From assembly GCF_009914755.1 (NCBI RefSeq), contig NC_060931.1: a stretch of DNA of 64,000 nucleotides; one strand, written 5' to 3'. Position numbers and translations under genes: made by a program. Of the stretch, positions 56,098 to 64,000 are shown piece after piece. Every line of letters begins with the position of its first letter. Within the stretch, counting starts at the first letter, position 1. This stretch comes from the human T2T-CHM13v2.0 reference genome, Homo sapiens. The notes under the pieces were generated by a model. The model worked only from the letters and a program-made list of their open reading frames with translations, was not told the DNA's origin and made no database searches.

Positions 56098-56779
56098 GAA
56101 CCTCTGGTAAAGTCAACAGACCTGACTTTGAAGCCACTCAAGTAGAAACAAGGCTCCAAATCCCTCTGCAGAATTTGTCCTGTGAGGTACTGCTGCTGTC
56201 GCTGCTGGCATATAGCTTCTACAGTTGAATGTGGGCTCTATATCATAAAAGAGAGGATTCTCCACATATAATAATGGGGTCCCATTGTCCATTGCCAAAA
56301 AGAATGACAGGTGTCCACTGCTGAGGGAAAGAAGAAAAAATGATTGCTTAATGAAATGTTTGAGTTTTTGGCCAGGATAGGCATGATAGCCTTCTAGGGA
56401 TGGGATTGAATTGGAAAGTGACTGAAGTCATGATGACTTCTTGGAAGAGAAAACTCTTCCAGGATTTAGGAGAATAATGGTAATGAGGGTCCATTTATGA
56501 GTGGTAGTGATAAGAAAGGAGTAGAAAACCTTTGAAAGATGAATCACTACACATACATTAGTCTGGGTATTGACTTAATTAGTCCCTAAATATATTCCAC
56601 GCATGAAAGACTTTTAAGGGACTGATTCCACTAATCCTTGCAGGGAACCAGCGCTGTGACTTGGAGGCCTGCAGTGTGGTCTACCCTCATTTTATAGAAA
56701 GGAGTAGAGCTAAGGACCATTGTACTATATTTGTGGCCCAGTGACTATAGGGTGCTATGTAGTGGGTTGGGGACTATTG

Positions 56780-56995
56780 AACACACCCTGTGCTCTAAGC
56801 ACTTTGCCAGACACATTTTATCTATTTTGTATCTCAAACTCTGGCAGTTTAGTTTATATTTCCCTAGTTCTGCCTCCCTTCTCCCCTGGCAGGTGTGTGG
56901 AGACTTTGAAAGGCTAAATACTTTGCCAAGGGTCGTTCAGCTAGGGGTGGCATTAGGATTTGAATCCAGGTCTGATTCCAGAGCCTGAAGTCTTG
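56780..56995 (-). mobile_element. MIR SINE
   Basis: AGGATTTGAATCCAGGTCTGATTCCAGAGCC. Confidence 0.65.
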
Positions 56996-58117
56996 TAGTA
57001 CACATCCCATACTCACAAGCAGTAAGTGAAGTTTCCAGGGGGAAAGCCTGTTACTCACATTGAAGTGGATGTCAGTGCTACAATTGCTGTTGGGTTCCAT
57101 CATTCAGCTTGAGAGAACTGGATACTGCAAGATGAGGGTTAAAGAGAGGAGTGAGAGAGTGTGCTGTATCATGCCTTCTTTTATTTTCTCAGCAGGAAGT
57201 ACATATTATAGGTCTCTCTTAGATCTAAAAGTAAGAATGGGGAGTAGAGGCTGTGCATTTTTATTTCTACTTATCATTTTGGTTAAAATCAAAAGCACTG
57301 TGTCTCCTTTCTTTCCTATATGTAGATTTCTACTATTAAATTAAATCAGGTAACATTATGAATTCTCATTGCCTCTTTGGCCATAGGGTTCTTTCTATAG
57401 CTTTTTCAGTAGATGCCACTGTTTTGATCTTGAAAAGTCTATTGAGACATTCTTCCTTTGTTCTTCTATTACTCAGTCCCTCTTTCTACTCTGTGGTGCC
57501 TCTGAAATCTATTCATAGATATTCTACTTTTTTCTTCTGTTTTATGTACTTAAATATCTTCTTTAAATGGATCTAGTTCCATTGATCAGAATCATTGGCC
57601 CAGATCCCCTTGCTGCTCCACTGTACCCAGGAAGTCTTATCTATTTTCTGTTAATTTTACTGAGTTTTACTCTACATCCCAGCACAGTATGAGGAAGCCT
57701 TTAAGATTTCCCTGGGTATCTGAGCCTAAATGTAAACATTTAAAACTGAATACCTCAAGGAAGAGTATGATTGGATTGTGTTAGATCAGGTGCACACCTA
57801 TGGACTACTCCACTGTGGCCAGGCAAAGGGAGTTTTATTATTGCTCCATCTGGGTTCAGGTGTCCACCCTTCTAGAATACTACTGTTCTCAAAGAAGGAA
57901 ATTGTGAGCCAGCCCCAGCTTGACTGGGGTCAACAGTACTAATCTATTCTAGAGCACACTGTAGCTCAGGAAGTCTCTAAATAAACTTAATTTCTTCATA
58001 TAGGTTTTAGATTTCCTAAACTAGATTAGGCCAGATTTGACTTTAAAAGCCCAAACTTCTTAGCATGACACAAGTTCTTTCACAGCCTGGACCCAGCCTA
58101 TCTTTGTTACCTTTACT

Positions 58118-58432
58118 TTTTTTTTTTTTTTTTTAGGTGCAGGGTCTTGCTCTACTCCCAAGGCTGGTGTGATCACAGCTCAGTATAACCTTGAGCTCCT
58201 AGGCTCAAGTGATCCTTCTGTGTCAGCCTCCCAAGTAGCTAGGACTCACAGGCTCATGCCAGCGTACCTGGCTAATTAAAAAAAATTATTTATTGTTTAT
58301 TTTTAAACATTTTTTGTGGAAGGGGTCTTGCTGTATTGCCCAGAGTGGTCTTGTACTCCTGGCCTCAAGCTATCCTCCTGCTTAGGCCTCCCAAAGCACT
58401 AGGATTACAAATGTGAGCCACCGTGCCAGGCC
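58118..58432 (-). mobile_element. AluJ
   Basis: Poly(T) plus antisense dimer. Confidence 0.88.
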
Positions 58433-60294
58433 CTTACATTTTTAACTGTTGCAACTCCCTGCCTTTCATCCAGTAAATCATTAAGGATTTCAATCCTAAA
58501 CTTGGAGCTAGCAAGTGGCTTCGATTTTAGATAAACAGGAATAGCCAGCCTGAGAGAATACATCGACGTGTAAAGAAAAGTCAAGATGAGAGAGAGAGAA
58601 ATAAGTACATTTCAGTTTTTCACTTCCTGCATCCAGTCATTCTTAAGTCTCGTTCTATAGCTGATTTTTTCCAAGGATATGTTATGTGAGCAATGAATTA
58701 TCCATAAATTGAGTTTCTGCCTCTTGCAATGGAAAGAGAACCGTGTAGCATAGGTTTCTATAAGTGATCATCTCGTAGCGAAAATCAGACTTTCATTCTG
58801 CTGGGGTTCTGTTGGGGGATTAGGAAGCTGTGCTTCTCTGCCCTACTTTTTCACTGGGCCCAGTGTATGTCCCACCTCTTCTGTGATGCTTCCCCTGATT
58901 ACTACAACACACTGAGATCTCATTCCTCTCTGAATTCCTACTGTAGTTTAGGGTTATGGCTATGTTTTCGCAGGCTTACAAATGGAATTCTAGTATTAAT
59001 TGAGAAAATCCATAATAAAAAGGCTACTGTATTAGGAAAGTCTTTAAAAGGAATTTGCATTTTTATTACCCCAAACAGCATCCTTATATTTTTGAAATAT
59101 AGTAGTATATTTAATATACAGGAGGATTTACATGTGTATTTATGGTCTTCTTGCAATTACCCTGTGGCTCGCTAGAGATTCATAGTCTCCCACCACTTAG
59201 ATGGAAAAGAGGGCAGAGAAGGTTTGGCTTCCTAATGGGTACCTTCTCCAAATAAAACACCACAGGAAGAATGGGCCGGTTTTGACTAAGACTACAGGTC
59301 TGTACAGTATGAGTGTGTTTATTTTTTATTAAACATTCTACTTAGGTATATAGGAACATAAATATGAATGCTTTTGCTTATAGATTTCATAAATTATAAA
59401 ACCAAACCCAACAAACAAATGTTGAATATAAACAACAGAATTGATGAAATTAAAAGAAACAACATTGAACTCTGTGACAAATGATGCTGTATTGTTGAAA
59501 TTACATTGCCAGTATCCAGTTTAAAAGTATAAAGATGCAGTCTCAGATTCTGTTTTTCTTTAATCTATTTCTATGTTTTATATCAATATAGATACAAAAA
59601 TTGTCCTTTTACAACCAAACAAACAATGTTAACTTTGAGGCTTTGTGTATGGCTCAGGATAATCAGGCTTTACACATGATCAAAATTCCTCAAATAATCC
59701 CTCAAATGTCAGGTTTAATGAGGTATCACCTGAGATCTCTATAACATCTTTTCGTTCCCTTGAAAATGTGATTAGTATTGTGGAGTCATCGAATTCTAAA
59801 TCAAATCTGTAAGCTGTATTCCAAGATTTCTGGAATGGAGAACAGATTATGTAGAAGCTACACAGAGATAGGATGCATGCATTATCTTCACACTCATGAT
59901 GATTATAACCTCTATAGTACAGGTACTTTTGCCTGCCTGTGCTACCCAGTGTTCTGTAATGACTCACTTCATCCTCACCTTTTCTCTAAACAGACTTTAT
60001 TTGTTTAGCAACCTTTCTATTCTTTGGTCTCCACTTAGTTTATGCATGATTCAAAACACCAAGTGCAAACAACATGATGAAAATTTGGTGGCAGTATTTA
60101 GTTTTTAAACGTTTATTCAGAAACTGATTAGCATACAACATGTATATTTAGATGATCATCCCAATGAAATCCCAAAATGGAAAAAAAAATATTTCACATC
60201 AAGCTCATGGACCTCAGTTTGAAATACACAGTTGCAAATGTTAATTGGCCACTTAAAACATTTTACATCTTGCCTTATGTTGTGTGTCATTAAT

Positions 60295-60550
60295 GAAATT
60301 GTAAGCTCCTTGAGGTGAGACTATATGCTTACTGTTTTGTTTTCTTCCATAGCACTGTGTGCATTTGTTATAGTTGGTGACCAAAAAGTGTTTGCTGATT
60401 GACCGATTATTAATATATTGTTATTTCCTATTGCTCTGTGACTCAAAGGCAGGGACTATTTTGTTTTAATCTGTGGTCTCTGAATGCGTAGCACAGCAAC
60501 TCTCACATGAGAAGTGCCTAATAAATGTTCTGAATGAAAGAATGGATGAC
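60295..60550 (+). mobile_element. L2 3' end fragments
   Basis: ATTGTAAGCTCCTTGAGG; AATAAATGTTCTGAATGAAAGAATG. Confidence 0.6.
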
Positions 60551-60558
60551 TTGTTGGC

Positions 60559-60560
<2 letters not shown>

Positions 60561-60599
<39 letters not shown>
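60561..60599. repeat. (TG)n microsatellite, ~19 units
   Basis: Direct reading. Confidence 0.95.
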
Positions 60600-60601
<2 letters not shown>

Positions 60602-60659
60602 TCGTACTCTTTTAGATCTAATCTCTTATGTACAGGGCACTTCTAACAGTTGTATAGAT

Positions 60660-60838
60660 TAGTGCTGTCCAGTAAGATTTTCTGTGATGATGGAAATATT
60701 CTATGTCTATGCTCTGCAACATCATAGCCACTAGGCACATGTGGTCTTTGAAATTTAGCAAATGTGGCCAATGGCCTGAATTGAGTTTTATTTAGTTTTA
60801 ATGAGTGCATAGTCACACATGGCTAGTGGGCAGCACAG
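60660..60838. mobile_element. MER3/MER33-like hAT element
   Basis: GTGCTGTCCAGTAAGATTTTCTGTGATGATGGAAAT...CACATGGCTAGTGG. Confidence 0.7.
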
Positions 60839-61258
60839 ACCCAAATGATAAAATGTACTTTCTCAAACTTATTTGCTCTCATATCTAACATTATTATATT
60901 TTTTGGTTATAATTGGATGTTGTTATTTGATTTTGTTGTATTGGATGGATGAAGTGAGTTTATCACTTTAAAAATAGGGCAATATAGTCCACCAAGTTGA
61001 CTTCATTCTTTCCTAAATGACCAGCAACATTGGATGTCATCTGTTCACTTGCCCCACCATCTATTTTGGTATTTCATCATTTCCTTATTAGGCTAGAGGC
61101 CTGACACCGCTTTACCAAATAAGTTTTATGTACACTTTTACCTTTTTTTTTTTTTTTTAATGACCCAGGTTATCTTGCGTTTGCTTGTCTTTCTGTTTTA
61201 GTCCTTTTTTCCCCTAATAAACCATTTAAACTTGGATTATCTATATCATTATTATCAT

Positions 61259-61541
<283 letters not shown>

Positions 61542-62857
61542 TATATTATCATTGTTAATACCACCATCATCATTTTCATTTCTGGTGTTTATGCTTTGCC
61601 AGCCCATATTTGATGTTGTGTACTAACGTCTACTGATAGTCTAAACACATTTCAAATTTATTATAATCTGAAAAATGTCTGAATATTCTTTTTCTCCAAT
61701 TGTTTTCTTTGCTTATCTTGCCCTTTTACCCTTTCTGGTCCAGAAGAATGAACTAGCACCATATGCATTTAAACATTACAACTCAGTCCTTACATAAGAT
61801 GTAATCCCATCATGACAAGTTTCACTGCTGTTGCCAAATCCGTGAAATCGATACTACAGGACTGTCATTTAGAAAGACAGGAATTGCTTCCTGCAAATGG
61901 CTGAGATCTTTATGCAATTTGTAGTTCTGCTGGAGCAAGACTTCTAAGTTATTGTACATATATTGAACCTCAGTATTGGGTATATTCAATTCTCCTTTAA
62001 TTCTTATAACAGTATTGAATCTAGTAGTATGTAATGGTTATAGAGGCTATCTATGCAAATAAGTTGAAATCAGCTCTGCTGACTAGCAGAAATACTTTAG
62101 AATTTTCCACTCATTTTCTGTTTACTGCTAGAGATTTAATTGTTGTCTTATGTGGCAGAATTTGAATGCACAGACTTCAGCATGGAAGCTTGCCTTTTGT
62201 TCATTTTTTTAGTCTAGCTTAGTAGTTCCCAAACTTGAGTGTGCATCAGCATTTCTGTTCAGGGCGATACACACAAAAGATTGTTAACTATACTTTATGG
62301 ATGAGTTAACCTCTTTTCAAGGCAGTTTTGTCTATACTAGATTTTCATCTTGGAACCTACCTTTCCCTCATTACCCCAAAGATGCATCTCCTCTTTATTC
62401 CTTCTATTTCTACTTTCAGTCCAGCACACAGCTGCTCATTGAGTGGACTTGTAGATGTGCTCTTGAATAGATTTCACACAATGGGAGACAAATTCAGTAG
62501 CAATATATAGAATTTTGAACTTGTGAATCCCCGGTTGAGCTTTTATCTTCTTATTGCTTTCATATGCCTCTCTATGGTGAGAAGCTAGTACTGCTTTGTT
62601 ATCTTCTTTCCCAATTTTTCCCCATAAACATTCTCCTAAAAAGCCCTAATGATGTAAATGATACATTATGTTCATTCTTGACAGGTTGGGGAAATGAGGA
62701 AGGGAACTTTCCTTTGTGACTTGTGCTGTAGATATATTTTAAAATCTCCTATTTATCTATTTGACCCAATTTTTAAAAGTTACCTACATTAAAATAAATA
62801 TTAAATAAATTTAGTATTATAATGAAACAGTAGTTTGCTTTTATTTATAAAGTTCAT

Positions 62858-63189
<332 letters not shown>

Positions 63190-63559
63190 TTAAACTTATG
63201 AGATAACTTGTTTACTAACCAGAACACCCTTTTGGAGTTACTTACTGCTTTTCTCTGTGAGAACAAACATCATATATTCACCTTAACTTATATTTTCAAA
63301 AGTATAATGCTAAGACTACTCAAGCCAAGTGGGAAAGTGTAGGCCAAATGGAATAGTATTTCAGAATAACGGCTACAGTTTTAATTTCTCTAGAATAGCA
63401 GATCTGAAATATTGTTGTGTGTTCTAATTTTCAGGTAACTACTGGAAACTCATTAAAATATATTTTATACCCTATTCTATTTTTCTTACATATGTTATAA
63501 AGCCCTTACTACATTCGTATTTTATTAAAACAGTAATTATTTAAAGATATTTATGTAAA

Positions 63560-64000
63560 ACAGAAATCTTTTGTATTTACTCGAGTAGTTACCATTTCAG
63601 TGCTCTTTATTCCTTTGTCTATATCCAGATTTTCCTCTGATATCCTCTTCCTTCTGCCTGACTTCCTTTAAACATTCCTTGTGGCACAGATCTGCTGGTG
63701 ATGAATCCTATCAGCTTGCTTTTGTATTTCTGAAAATGTCTTATTTCACCTTATTTTTGTTGGATATAGAATTCTAGGTCAGTTTTTTTCTTTTAATAGT
63801 TTAAAGATGTTACTTCACTGTTTTATCATTTGCATTTTTTTTTACAAGAAACCTGCTGTCATTCTTACTTTTGTTCTCCTTTATAGATATCAAGTCCTAT
63901 AACGTATTCTGTTTATTCCTGGTTTTGAACAATTTGATTTTAATGTATCTTGGTATAGCTTTCTTCATGTTTCTTGTGCTTTGGGTTCATTGAGCTTCTT
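63560..64000 (-). mobile_element. Old L1M fragment (ORF1/inter-ORF region), runs off the window
   Basis: CAGATCTGCTGGTGATGAAT...TTGGATATAGAATTCTAGG...GGGTTCATTGAGCTTCTT. Confidence 0.7.

Overview
Primate (most likely human) genomic DNA, AT-rich and dominated by interspersed repeats: about 20 Alu/FLAM copies, several L1s (a young L1PA2 3' end and a near full-length old L1MA-type element), MaLR/ERV1 solo LTRs, hAT/Tigger DNA transposons, and MIR/L2 relics. No protein-coding exon can be supported; almost every ORF in the track is repeat-derived or a GC-content artefact. The one clear functional locus is a CpG-island promoter at ~49.95-51.2 kb driving a + strand non-coding first exon that ends at a canonical donor (GAG|GTGAGT, 50890/50891). 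It has a perfect MEF2 site at the core promoter, a (GCG)10/(CGG)9 repeat in the 5' leader and a single strong-Kozak 9-codon uORF. From memory the exon resembles the distal first exon of HDAC9 (chr7p21); this is unverified. Positions 1-49.9 kb would then be upstream intergenic DNA and 50.9-64 kb intron 1. I found no convincing new biological system. The best leads are the MEF2/CGG/uORF leader, a candidate ATG-bearing exon in intron 1, a local 170-bp duplication with a templated junction, and several structurally odd retrotransposon insertions. Repeat subfamily names are by eye and boundaries are approximate.
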